Part shown: one piece after another, positions 48,383-58,089 of the stretch
How positions within the stretch are numbered: position 1 is the stretch's first letter
How the letters are laid out: every line of letters begins with the position of its first letter
Source of the DNA: Bryobacterales bacterium
GTDB lineage: Bacteria > Acidobacteriota > Terriglobia > Bryobacterales > UBA6623
DNA length: 64,000 nucleotides
Reading direction: 5' to 3'
Assembly (NCBI GenBank): GCA_965116065.1
Contig: OZ220485.1
Coordinates: 3,312,347-3,376,346, forward strand
Position numbers and translations under genes: made by a program
The notes under the pieces: model-generated
Database searches by the model: none
What the model saw: only the letters and a program-made list of their open reading frames with translations
What the model was told of the DNA's origin: nothing

Positions 48383-48471
48383 TCCACATCGAGTGGGTCG
48401 GAGAGCCCTGAACGACCATGGCAACCAGTGAGTCCAGATCGCGATGTGGCAGCGGCGAGGGTGCCGAGAGC

Positions 48472-49254
48472 ATGACGAGGACATTGGACGGCAGCGTCAT
48501 CGTCGTGACAGGATCGACACAGGGTCTCGGCGAGGAGATCGTTCGGCTCGCCGTGGCGCGGGGAGCGCATGGCGTGGTCGTCAATGGTCGTTCCCGCGAA
48601 CGCGGCAAGGATGTCGCGGCAAGGCACGCTAGCGAGCAGTGCCGAACCGTGTTCGTACACGGCGCTCTCGAGGACCCCGAGACATGCCGGCGGATCGTCC
48701 AAGCTGCCGACGAGAACTTCGGACGGCTCGATGGACTGGTCAATGCCGCCGCCTGCACGGAGCGCGGCACCCTGGAGGACACGTCCGTGGACGACTGGGA
48801 CCGGATCATGGCCGTGAATCTACGGGCCCCGTTCCTGCTCATCCAGGCGGCAGTCGGACTCATGCAGCGGGAAGGCCGAGGAGGCAGCATCGTCAACATC
48901 CTGAGCATGTCGGCTCATGGGGGAACGCCGAACCTCGTTCCCTACAGTGTGTCCAAGGGTGCGCTGTCGACCCTCACGAGGAATGTCGCCCATTCGCAAC
49001 GGCATCACCGGATCCGGGTGAACGCCCTGAACATCGGCTGGATGGCGACCCCTGCGGAACACGCCGTACAGACACTGGAAGGCCAGCCGACGGACTGGCT
49101 GGCGACTGCGGACCGCACTTCTCCGTTCGGGAGAATCCTCCGCCCGAGAGATGTCGCCGGCATGGTCGCCTACCTCTTGAGCGATGAGTCCTGCATGATG
49201 ACCGGGGCCCTGATCGACTTCGACCAGCACGTGATGGGAATCTACAGCCCCTGA
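48472..49254 (+). CDS. Short-chain dehydrogenase/reductase (SDR)
   Basis: ORF 48418..49254; start at MTRTLDGSVIVVTGSTQGLG (TGxxxGxG). NAA and YSVSKGAL (YxxxK) catalytic motifs. Confidence 0.85.
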   Translation: MTRTLDGSVIVVTGSTQGLGEEIVRLAVARGAHGVVVNGRSRERGKDVAARHASEQCRTVFVHGALEDPETCRRIVQAADENFGRLDGLVNAAACTERGTLEDTSVDDWDRIMAVNLRAPFLLIQAAVGLMQREGRGGSIVNILSMSAHGGTPNLVPYSVSKGALSTLTRNVAHSQRHHRIRVNALNIGWMATPAEHAVQTLEGQPTDWLATADRTSPFGRILRPRDVAGMVAYLLSDESCMMTGALIDFDQHVMGIYSP

Positions 49255-49623
49255 GCACAGGACTGCACGAACCGATATCGGCAGGGATTGCTGCGAATCC
49301 CACGACGGAGCTGCTACCCGGCGGCCGGAACCGATGGTTTGGGAGACTCCGCTGCATCACCCGGAGCGCAGGAGCCGCCAGGATGATACGGCTCTTGCTG
49401 GCCAGGATCCCCGAGCCGGATCGGACCACCGCCGAGATCCTGCCGATAGCACCTCTCGACGAACTTCAGCCCGGCCGGCAAGCGGCCGGGCTGAAGGCGC
49501 ATTCGATGGTGGTGCGCCGCTGCCGCCAAGGCATCCGACCGCCCGTGGTATCCTGAAATTACATATTTCTCCTATAAGCTGGCAAGAGACTTGGATAGCC
49601 CTTGCGGAGAATGGCGTGAGCAT

Positions 49624-49699
49624 GGGCGCGTAGCTCAATTGGTAGAGCAAGTGACTCTTAATCACTAGGTTCGGGGTTCGAGTCCCTGCGCGCTCACCA
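49624..49699 (+). tRNA. tRNA-Lys (anticodon CUU), CCA encoded
   Basis: Manual cloverleaf: acceptor GGGCGCG/CGCGCTC, D arm GCTC-AATTGGTA-GAGC, anticodon arm AGTGA-CTCTTAA-TCACT, variable AGGTT, T arm CGGGG-TTCGAGT-CCCTG, discriminator A, CCA. Confidence 0.93.
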
Positions 49700-50329
49700 G
49701 CCCGGTGCATCCGCACCACCACCTCATTGCGATCGGCCAAAGGTCGCCAGCATCGTTGCCGGGCGGCGGCCATCCAGTCTTTCGTTGTCCAGGGGAAACT
49801 GCCAGACCAGATGAAGCTGTCACCGGGCCCGCTGGGCGGGCTTCCGGACGCGATGGTCCCCTCATCCGGCAGTACCCGGGACTGCGTGTGCTCTTCCCCC
49901 GCTCGCCAGGGGGCTCCCGCATCGATGTCGAGCAAGTCCACCATCGTCCAGGGAGACAGGCATGGCAGGGCCTGGCGCCTGCGAGGGGAGTCTGCGACAA
50001 CCACGAAGGCTCTCGAACGTGTTGGAAGCCCGCTTGCCGATGCGATGCCAGGCCGGAACACTGAAGTCACCCCGCTCGGACACTCCGCCGGAAGTCTGCC
50101 CCTAGTCCGCTCGTTCCCCTCTGCATGCAGCCATTCCCGAGCCCGTTCGTTTCCTCGGACTCTCAAGCCCCCACCGCCCGGAGTTACCAAGCCGGTCGGC
50201 CGGAATGGAGATGGAGACGCCACCTGGCATGTCGCCGTTGACAGCCCCTTGGTTCCCGCTCACTGCACGAAGGGTCCCGCTTGCAGCGGCAGACGAGAAA
50301 GTCCCGTCATCGGGCCATACGCTTGAAGT

Positions 50330-52816
50330 GTGGGTTGTAACACTAATCTCCATCTCCGCTGCGGGATCCTTGCGCTGGCCTTGGCGCTATGGGCCCCAGC
50401 AAACGCGCAATCGAGAGGCGAACTGGTCGGCACGATCTCCATGCAGGAGACCGGTGGCCCCGTACATGGCGCCAGTGTCTTGATCGTCGAACTTGGCCGG
50501 ACCACACTCTCCGCGAGCGATGGTACGTACCATTTCGGAAACGTCCCCCCAGGTTCCTACCATGTGGTTGCCCATCTCGACCAACTGTTCACGGAAGCCG
50601 CCAAGACGGTCACGGTTGAAGCAGCCAGCGAAGCTACGCTCGATTTCCGCATTTCCTTGGTCACTCAACGCTACGAGATCACGGTAACGGCCTCGGAGAA
50701 CCACGAGACGCCGTTCGAGTCGTTCCAGGATGTCGAGTCTCTGGACGCCTACGACCTGACCGAGCTGCAGGGCTCATCGCTGGGGGAAGCACTGGATCAC
50801 CGTGTCGGGACCGGGATCGCCAAGCGCAGTTTCGGACCTGGCAGTTCACGCCCGATCATCCGTGGATTCGACGGCGACAGAGTGCTCGTCATGGAGGACG
50901 GCATCAACACGGGAACACTCTCGGCCCAATCCGGCGACCACGGAGAAGTTCTCAACGTCGGCCAGATCGCCAGACTCGAGGTCGTCAAGGGGCCGGCGAC
51001 ACTGTTGTACAGCGGCAACGCGATGGGCGGAACCATCAATGCGATCAGCCGTCACCATGAGCATCATCGCCACCCGCATGAAGGGCTGCGAGGATTCATC
51101 ACCGGCTCTGGCGGAACGACGAACGCACTCGGAGGAGGCAACGCCGGGTTTGAGTACGGCATCGGCAAGGTTCTGCTATGGGGTCAGGGCGGAGGGGTTC
51201 GCACCGGGGACTATACCGCCCCTTCCGAGGGTCAGATCTTCAACTCGCGCTCCGAACTCCTGAACGGCGGGGGCGGGTTCGGCTGGTATGGCGACAAGAT
51301 GTTCTTCAGCGCCGAAGCGAAGGTGGACCGTGGAGACACAGGCATTCCGTTCGCGCACGAATTCCACGGAGCGCATGGTCACGGACACGATGAGGACGAA
51401 GACCATGAAGGGGAGGACCACGACGACAAGGACCACGAAGGCGAGGACCATGACGACGAGGATCACGAGGGTGAAGACCACGAGGAGGAAGAAGAGCATG
51501 AAGACGAGATCGAGAGGATCTCACTTCTGAGCCGACGGTCGAGCTTTCGCGCTAACTGGGGATTGCACAACTTGGGTGGACCCATCGAGGATTTCACCTT
51601 GAAGTTGAGCTATGTCGACTGGGAACATGACGAAGTCGAGCAGTTCGAGGACGGCGACTCCGTCATCGGCACACAATTCAAGAACAGTCGCTTCACGTAC
51701 CGCGGCGTCTTCGAGCAGCAGCGACGGGGGCCGCTCGGGGGTCGATTCGGGATTTGGGGAGTGGACCGGGACTTCTCGGCGGAAGGCGAGGAGGCGCTCA
51801 CGCCTCCGATCAGCCAGCGTGGTCTGGCGTTCTTCGCTCTCGAGGAACTGGACTTCGAGCGCTTCAAGCTGCAGTTCGGAGGACGCGTCGAGACACAACG
51901 CTACCGGCCGGCATACGCCGAGCGGGAAGGCCACGAAGGGCATGAGGACGACCACGCCGACGAGCACGAACATGACGAAGGCGAAGAGGAAGGCGAAGAG
52001 CACCATGAGGAGGACCACCACGACGAGGACCACGCGGCGCCGGATGCCGTCGACCGGACCTTCACGGGTGCATCCGCTGCATTCGGACTCCACGCCGACA
52101 CGTGGAACGGCGGTGCCGTCGTCGCGAACTTCTCCCATAGCTTCCGTGCTCCGGCTCTTGAGGAGCTCTACAACTTCGGACCGCATGTGGGCAACCGGGC
52201 GTTCGAGGTCGGCGACCCCAGCCTGAAGGCGGAGACAGGCAACGGAGTCGATCTTTCGATGCGTCAAGGCGAAGGACGAGTGCAAGGGGAACTGAACTTC
52301 TTCTACTACGACTTCAGGAACTTCATCTTCCCGTTCGCGACCGGCGAAGAGGTCGATGAGCTGCTCGAGATCGAGTTCACGCAGCGGAATGCACGATTCA
52401 TGGGGACGGAAGCGAACCTCAGCGTCGGTCTCGCCAGCGCTCTGCGCCTGAACGTCGGGATGGACTATGTGGACGCGCAGGATACGGACACGGGAAGCTA
52501 TCTGCCCCGCATTCCACCGCTGCGAGGCAAGTTCGGCATCGACCTGCGTGCAGGCGGATTCCGGCTGGTCCCGGAGCTGGTGCTCGCCAGCGAGCAGAAC
52601 CGAACCTTCACCGACGAAACCACGACTCCGGGGTACGCGGTGATCAACCTGAAGGCTTCCTACACGCACGCCACCCAGCACGCGGCGCACCAGTTTTCGG
52701 CCTCGGTGTTCAACATGGGTGATCGGCTGTATCGCAACCATTCGTCGTTCATCAAGGATCTCGCCCCCGAAATCGGACGTGGCGTTCGAGTCAGCTATAC
52801 GGTACGGTTCTTCTGA
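50330..52816 (+). CDS. TonB-dependent receptor (CarboxypepD_reg N-domain) with two His/Asp/Glu-rich insertions
   Basis: GTG start and signal peptide ...LALWAPANAQ. Has a carboxypeptidase-regulatory-like domain (GTISMQETGGPVHGASVLIV), a plug (ITVTASE...RGFDGDRVLVMEDG) and a barrel ending VRVSYTVRFF. Insertions are HGAHGHGHDEDEDHEGEDHDDKDHEGEDHDDEDHEGEDHEEEEEHEDE and EGHEGHEDDHADEHEHDEGEEEGEEHHEEDHHDEDH. Confidence 0.9.
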   Translation: MGCNTNLHLRCGILALALALWAPANAQSRGELVGTISMQETGGPVHGASVLIVELGRTTLSASDGTYHFGNVPPGSYHVVAHLDQLFTEAAKTVTVEAASEATLDFRISLVTQRYEITVTASENHETPFESFQDVESLDAYDLTELQGSSLGEALDHRVGTGIAKRSFGPGSSRPIIRGFDGDRVLVMEDGINTGTLSAQSGDHGEVLNVGQIARLEVVKGPATLLYSGNAMGGTINAISRHHEHHRHPHEGLRGFITGSGGTTNALGGGNAGFEYGIGKVLLWGQGGGVRTGDYTAPSEGQIFNSRSELLNGGGGFGWYGDKMFFSAEAKVDRGDTGIPFAHEFHGAHGHGHDEDEDHEGEDHDDKDHEGEDHDDEDHEGEDHEEEEEHEDEIERISLLSRRSSFRANWGLHNLGGPIEDFTLKLSYVDWEHDEVEQFEDGDSVIGTQFKNSRFTYRGVFEQQRRGPLGGRFGIWGVDRDFSAEGEEALTPPISQRGLAFFALEELDFERFKLQFGGRVETQRYRPAYAEREGHEGHEDDHADEHEHDEGEEEGEEHHEEDHHDEDHAAPDAVDRTFTGASAAFGLHADTWNGGAVVANFSHSFRAPALEELYNFGPHVGNRAFEVGDPSLKAETGNGVDLSMRQGEGRVQGELNFFYYDFRNFIFPFATGEEVDELLEIEFTQRNARFMGTEANLSVGLASALRLNVGMDYVDAQDTDTGSYLPRIPPLRGKFGIDLRAGGFRLVPELVLASEQNRTFTDETTTPGYAVINLKASYTHATQHAAHQFSASVFNMGDRLYRNHSSFIKDLAPEIGRGVRVSYTVRFF

Positions 52817-53354
52817 TGCGCACGGGACTGGGACCAATGTCCTTCAAGTGCACGAGTTCCAGTGCAATGTGCTTCGAAAGGAATGACGTTCGAAGTGGTA
52901 CCGGTTGTTCGGACTCGAAGAGGGAACCAAGAAGAACTCCACCGTGCGACTGACGGAGACGGAACCGAAGGCCTGCCAGTAGGCCATCAGGAAGCGCAAG
53001 GGCAGCAGCCAGAAGGCACTCCGGGCATGCGTCTTGGGTGCAGGTGCATCCAAGCGCCGGCAGGCCGATTGATCGCGCGGTATCGGGCCGGCATTTCCTC
53101 GCCAGCAGTCTTGCCGGTGCATCGTACCGAGGAAAGGGGCTGTCTGGCCCGGGCGCAAGGACTCCTCAGCCTGCATCGAACCGGCAATCAACCGTCGTCG
53201 ATGCCCGGAGCCAACGCCTTGCCGGCCACCGGAGACGTTTGGCCCGGCGCTCCATCCGGCCGCCCCCATGCCCGATGCCTGGCTGATCGCCGACATCCTG
53301 CCGACGCATGTGAGACACCCCCCGTGGAGGGCGCGCTCCACGGCCGACACGCTC

Positions 53355-54230
53355 CTAGGCCACTTCGAAGTGGCCGACTGCGAAGATGTCGGGAAGCTCG
53401 TAGGGGGTGGACTCCAGATCGTCCCTGTAGGCCGCGGACAGGTCGACCATCCGAACGTTCTCCACGGTCCTGAAGCCAGCGTCCGCCACAAGGTCGCTCA
53501 TCCCGCGCATGGAGTACGAACTGCGCATGGGCTCACCGCGCCTCCGAACGAAACTGTGCAGTTCCTGTCGCACGCTCTCGGTGTCCGGACCGCAGGATTC
53601 CGGCCGCAGCAGATAGTCGACCACCATGCGTGTACCCGGCTGCATGCCCCGGCTCAATGCCCGCAGGGTGAACCTCAGGTCGTTTTCGGTGAGGTAGTAG
53701 GAAACACCCAGCAGGGAGAAGAATGCCGGTTCCGAAGTATCGAACGGTGTAGGCGCAAGTGCATCGAAAGGCGACACATCAGACAGATCGGCCACGACGA
53801 AGTGATGATTCGGCACGACATCCAGACCCGCGCGACGTACGCGTCGCAGTTTCTTGGCCTGCGTCACGGGGTGGTCGACCTCAAAGAGCTGGATCCGTTG
53901 CATCAGATCGCGCCGACGGAATCCGAATGAGTCCATACCGGCACCAAGGATGACGTACTGTCGCATCCCTTGGTCGACGAGAGCATCAAGGCAGTCCTCC
54001 GTGTAGCGGGCGCGCAGGAGCACGCACAGGCTGGCCGGCATGATCGGCTTCAGCGCAACCCGGAACACCAGGCGGGTCAGGGGGCCGAACGCCTGGACGA
54101 TGTTCAGGATGCGCCCGGACAGGGCCCGAGCGTACGGATCCTCGAACACCGGCATCGTATTGCGGAGGTGCCAGTCCCTTGCTGCCGCCACCCAGTCAGC
54201 GGTCGAGACCCTGTATCGCGAAAGGGGCAT
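53355..54230 (-). CDS. Class I SAM-dependent methyltransferase (LCMT / TIGR00027-like O-methyltransferase)
   Basis: This is the C-terminal 291 codons of ORF 53355..55427, starting MPLSRYRVSTADWVAAARDWH. FEDPYARAL, QYVILGAGMDSF (SAM motif I) and LFEVDHP. The upstream part of that ORF is antisense to the ADH gene and was discarded. Confidence 0.8.
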   Translation of the reverse strand: MPLSRYRVSTADWVAAARDWHLRNTMPVFEDPYARALSGRILNIVQAFGPLTRLVFRVALKPIMPASLCVLLRARYTEDCLDALVDQGMRQYVILGAGMDSFGFRRRDLMQRIQLFEVDHPVTQAKKLRRVRRAGLDVVPNHHFVVADLSDVSPFDALAPTPFDTSEPAFFSLLGVSYYLTENDLRFTLRALSRGMQPGTRMVVDYLLRPESCGPDTESVRQELHSFVRRRGEPMRSSYSMRGMSDLVADAGFRTVENVRMVDLSAAYRDDLESTPYELPDIFAVGHFEVA

Positions 54231-54382
54231 TTCCGACGCAGTGCGTGGATCCGATGGTAGCAGCAGCCTGCCTGCGGAAGCGGCCCGCTGAAAGCCTGTT
54301 GCGTCCCGTTGGCCGGCAAGGTATTCTATGAGCGGCGGGATCGGTGCGCATTTGACAGACGCCGGTCCGGTTTTCTTGTACA

Positions 54383-54388
54383 GGAGGA
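54383..54388 (+). promoter_or_regulatory. Shine-Dalgarno (AGGAGG) for the following gene
   Basis: AGGAGG lies 5 nt upstream of ATG 54393. Confidence 0.5.
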
Positions 54389-54392
54389 ACAA

Positions 54393-55583
54393 ATGGCATC
54401 GAATCGAGGAGTTGCCTATATCCGGCCCGGCGTGGTGGAAGTCCAGTCGATCGACTTTCCCAAGCTTGCTCTCGGGGACCGGAAGTGCGAACACGGCGTG
54501 ATCCTGCGGGTCGTCTCCACCAACATCTGCGGGAGCGACCAGCACATGGTGCGGGGACGGACCACAGCGCCAGAGGGACTCGTGCTCGGCCATGAAATCA
54601 CGGGAGAAGTGATCGAGGCTGGCCGGGATGTCGAGTTCATCAAGGCCGGGGATCTCGTGTCGGTGCCGTTCAACATCGCTTGTGGACGCTGTCGCAACTG
54701 CAAGGAGCGGAACACCGGCATCTGCCTTGAGGTCAACCCTGCCCGCCCCGGAGCGGCCTACGGATACGTGGACATGGGCGGATGGGTCGGTGGGCAAGCC
54801 GAGTACGTCATGGTGCCCTATGCAGACTTCAACCTCCTCAAGTTCCCGGACCGGGACCAGGCAATGGCCAAGATCAGGGATCTCACGCTTCTCTCGGACA
54901 TCTTCCCGACTGGCTACCACGGAGCAGTCACGGCCGGAGTCGGACCTGGAACGATCGCCTATGTGGCGGGGGCCGGGCCGGTGGGACTCGCCTGCGCACA
55001 CGCCTGCCAGTTGCTCGGAGCGGCCTGCGTGATCGTCGGTGACATGATCGGGGAACGGCTCGAACAAGCCAGGAGCTTCGGGTGCGAGACCGTGGACTTG
55101 CGGCAGGATGCGACGCTCGGCGAACAGATCGAGCAGATCGTGGGCGTGCCGGAAGTTGACTGTGGTGTGGATTGCGTCGGATTCGAGGCCAGAGGGCACG
55201 GCAGGGACGCCGTTGTCGAGCGCCCCGCTACCGTGCTCAACGCCCTCATGGAGGTCACTCGCGCCGGAGGCGGCATCGGCATTCCCGGCCTCTACGTAAC
55301 CGGCGACCCCGGCGGGATCGATGAGAACGCCAAGATCGGTAACCTCGGTATCCGCATCGGTCTGGGATGGGCCAAGTCGCACCACTTCATGACGGGCCAG
55401 TGTCCTGTCATGACCTACCATCGGCAACTGATGCAGGCGATCCTCTACGGAAAGGCCACGCCGGCCACAGCGTGTAACGTGACCGTGATCTCGCTCGACA
55501 GTTCACCACAAGGCTACCGGGACTTCGACAAGGGCGCGGCCCGCAAGTACGTGATTGACCCCCACGCCATGATCGCGGCCTGA
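54393..55583 (+). CDS. Zinc-dependent alcohol-dehydrogenase family, glutathione-independent formaldehyde dehydrogenase-like
   Basis: ORF 54309..55583; start at MASNRGVAYIRPG (54393). NICGSDQHMVRG, GHEITGEV, the structural-zinc cluster CGRCRNCKERNTGIC and GAGPVGL NAD motif. Length and N-terminus resemble FdhA-type enzymes. Confidence 0.8.
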   Translation: MASNRGVAYIRPGVVEVQSIDFPKLALGDRKCEHGVILRVVSTNICGSDQHMVRGRTTAPEGLVLGHEITGEVIEAGRDVEFIKAGDLVSVPFNIACGRCRNCKERNTGICLEVNPARPGAAYGYVDMGGWVGGQAEYVMVPYADFNLLKFPDRDQAMAKIRDLTLLSDIFPTGYHGAVTAGVGPGTIAYVAGAGPVGLACAHACQLLGAACVIVGDMIGERLEQARSFGCETVDLRQDATLGEQIEQIVGVPEVDCGVDCVGFEARGHGRDAVVERPATVLNALMEVTRAGGGIGIPGLYVTGDPGGIDENAKIGNLGIRIGLGWAKSHHFMTGQCPVMTYHRQLMQAILYGKATPATACNVTVISLDSSPQGYRDFDKGAARKYVIDPHAMIAA

Positions 55584-55652
55584 ACGGCCGTAAGCGGGGA
55601 AAATGGGCCCCGTGCCGGATCCCGACCGGTATGGGGCCTATACTGTGGGGTG

Positions 55653-56588
55653 ATGCGACACCGACTCTCAAGACGTAACATCCTGCGGACTGGCGCGGCG
55701 GCGGGAGCCGGTGCCATTTGCGCAATTCCGGAACCAGCACCAGGGGCCCCGACCATGGGCAGGCGAATTCGTCTGGGTGTCTCGACGTACTCCTATTGGC
55801 ACTTCACCAAGGAGAAATACCCGATCGAAGATGTCATCGACCACGCCGCCGAACTGGGGTTCGATGGCGTCGAGATCCTGCACCGCCAGATGCAGGACGA
55901 ATCGACCACCTACATGAACGACCTGAAGCGCCGAGCCTGGGAGTCCGGATTGGATCTGATCATGCTTTCCATCCACCAGGACTTCGTGGACCCGAGCCCG
56001 GACAGGCGCAAGGAAGCCATCGACCACACAAGGCACTGCATCGACCTGGCCCACCAGATGGGAATTCCCGCAATCCGACTCAACACCGGCCGATGGGGAA
56101 CGATTCGCTCCTTCGACGACCTGATGGCGGCAAACGGACAGGAGCCCGCGCTGGATGGATACACGGATGAGGACGCGATCGGATGGTGCGTGGATTCGAT
56201 TCAGGAGTGCCTGCCACACGCAGCCGAAGCCGGCGTCGTCATGGCTCTGGAGAACCACTGGGGTCTGTCCACGAAGGTCGACACGCTGCTTCGGATCTAC
56301 CGCGAGGTGGACGATCCTTGGCTCGGCATCAACATGGACACCGGCAACTATGTGGGCGACCCGTACCCCCAGATAGAGCAGCTCGCGCCCCACTCGACGA
56401 TCATCCAGGCCAAGACCTATCCCGGTGGCGGGGTCTGGTACACGCTGGACCTGGACTATGAACGGATCGCCGGCATCGTCAAGAACGCCGGCTTTCAGGG
56501 CTACGTCTCGCTGGAGATGGAAGGCAATGCCCCCGCCAAGGAGGCAGTCGCCGAGAGCTACCAGACACTAAGGCAGGCGTTCGGGTAG
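55653..56588 (+). CDS. Sugar phosphate isomerase/epimerase (xylose-isomerase-like TIM barrel), Tat signal
   Basis: [22 protein letters not shown] signal. [21 protein letters not shown] and YVSLEME blocks. Confidence 0.8.
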   Translation: MRHRLSRRNILRTGAAAGAGAICAIPEPAPGAPTMGRRIRLGVSTYSYWHFTKEKYPIEDVIDHAAELGFDGVEILHRQMQDESTTYMNDLKRRAWESGLDLIMLSIHQDFVDPSPDRRKEAIDHTRHCIDLAHQMGIPAIRLNTGRWGTIRSFDDLMAANGQEPALDGYTDEDAIGWCVDSIQECLPHAAEAGVVMALENHWGLSTKVDTLLRIYREVDDPWLGINMDTGNYVGDPYPQIEQLAPHSTIIQAKTYPGGGVWYTLDLDYERIAGIVKNAGFQGYVSLEMEGNAPAKEAVAESYQTLRQAFG

Positions 56589-56738
56589 GATCGCATCCTG
56601 GAACGGTCGCAATTCTCGGCCACTTGTATCGCGCAAGCGACGAAGCGGACCGATCTGCTATCGGGAAGGCACCCTGCGAATGTCGGGCCCACGAGGCGTA
56701 CAAGGCCAGGCCGGGCATCCGCGATGCTGATCTGCCGC

Positions 56739-56784
56739 CCGATTCTGCCATGTTCGTGCAGCCGATTCTGCCATGTTCGTGCAG
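56739..56784. repeat. 23-bp perfect tandem duplication (ccgattctgccatgttcgtgcag x2)
   Basis: Counted directly; located in a ~700-bp region with no convincing ORF. Confidence 0.9.
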
Positions 56785-57056
56785 CAAGGAGCGGCGGCTT
56801 TTCGGTGGACTGCGGCAGGGTGCGGAGGTGTGCCGCTGGCCCCGTCGTGAGGACAGGGCGGAGAGGGTGTCGTGGCTGCCGCCCTACCGCAATGCACTTC
56901 AACCGGAGCAGGACAAAGATGTCGTCGATACGCTTGCAGTGGCGCAGGCAACGGCCGGCCTTTGGTACTTCATTGCGCTGCCCGGAAGCCCGGTAGATGG
57001 AAGACGACCTGTCGAATTTCCGCACCGGCAAGGCCAACCCGTGACATGATCCTGGC

Positions 57057-57145
57057 ATTGATTCCGTGCACGATGGGGCCAGCCGCAGACGCGCTGGCGC
57101 TGGTCTCGACGGACGGTATTGATTCCGTGCACGATGGGGCCAGCC
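57057..57145. repeat. 28-bp perfect direct repeat (attgattccgtgcacgatggggccagcc) at 57057-57084 and 57118-57145
   Basis: Counted directly, with a 61-bp period; 150-240 bp upstream of the cytochrome c start. Confidence 0.9.
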
Positions 57146-57294
57146 ATCCAGCATTCGCGGACCGATCCACTGGCCGGGTCCAGTCAAGTCTGTCCACGCA
57201 AGAGTCTCCGCATGATGCGGGTGCCAAAACTGTAGCGAGCGATGATCTGCTCGAACCGGGTGCTAGACTTGGGCAGGATTTGGTGCATCCGGCC

Positions 57295-58089
57295 ATGCAG
57301 ACGATTCGGTACCTGACATTCCTGGTCTGGCTGCCACTGGTTCTACAGGCCGCGCGAACCCACGAAACGAACCCATTGCATTCCCCGAAAGACCTAGCCA
57401 AAGGGCAGCGACTGTATCGGATCCACTGTGGCGTCTGTCACGGGATGGAAGGCAAGACGGGACGCGGAGCCCGGCTGGCCAAGCGTTCGTACGTGCGAGG
57501 CGATTCCGATGCCGATCTGTTCGACCTGATCGAGAGCGGCATCCCGGGTACGGATATGCCCGGGCTGTGGATGGATGAGGACGATATTTGGAGAATCCTG
57601 CTCTTTGTGCGAACGTTCGCAGCGACCGCAGGCGGGTCCTGTGAACCCGGAACAGGAGACCCCGTGGCCGGCAAGGATGTGTTCACGAACAAGGGAGCGT
57701 GCCTTGCATGCCACACGGTCGGAATGGCGGGGGGCAGGCTGGGTCCGGACATGAGCTACGCAGGGGTGACGTTCTCCAACGAGCAGTTGCTCAAGGCGCT
57801 TCTCGAACCGCATGCAGACATCGCAGACCGCTACCGGACCGTCCGAATCGTCACGGCAGACGGCGAACGCGTCGAGGGTGTCCGCATGAACGAGAACGGA
57901 TACCACATCTTCGTGATGGATCGCTCGGAGGCAATCCGCTCGTTCCGCAAGCACGGTCTGGAATCCATCGAGCAGCCGGCCGAATCGCTCATGCCCGCCT
58001 ACGGAGACCTGCTCAGCGACAGTGAGACCGCGGACCTCGTCGCCTACCTTTGCACGCTGCGCGGACCGAGCAAGGAGAACGAGCGTTGA
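57295..58089 (+). CDS. Di-haem c-type cytochrome
   Basis: ORF 56872..58089; start at MQTIRYLTFLVWLPLVLQA signal (57295). Two haem-binding sites, CGVCHG and CLACHT, each followed by a distal Met region. Confidence 0.8.
   Translation: MQTIRYLTFLVWLPLVLQAARTHETNPLHSPKDLAKGQRLYRIHCGVCHGMEGKTGRGARLAKRSYVRGDSDADLFDLIESGIPGTDMPGLWMDEDDIWRILLFVRTFAATAGGSCEPGTGDPVAGKDVFTNKGACLACHTVGMAGGRLGPDMSYAGVTFSNEQLLKALLEPHADIADRYRTVRIVTADGERVEGVRMNENGYHIFVMDRSEAIRSFRKHGLESIEQPAESLMPAYGDLLSDSETADLVAYLCTLRGPSKENER

Noticed and set aside
49357-50223. 288-aa minus-strand ORF
   Set aside because: It runs through the tRNA-Lys gene and has no protein-like features.
52844-53491. 215-aa minus-strand ORF, and 52862..53473(+), between the TBDR and the methyltransferase
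   Set aside because: Fragments such as YRAINRP and FWLLPLRFLMAYW faintly recall isoprenylcysteine-carboxyl-methyltransferase-type membrane proteins. However, they are spread over different frames and are too weak to call.
54231-55427. N-terminal ~400 codons of the 690-aa minus-strand ORF 53355..55427
   Set aside because: Only the last 291 codons (from MPLSRYRV, 54230) look like a SAM methyltransferase. The upstream part is antisense to the Zn-ADH gene, which has clear motifs and an AGGAGG ribosome-binding site.
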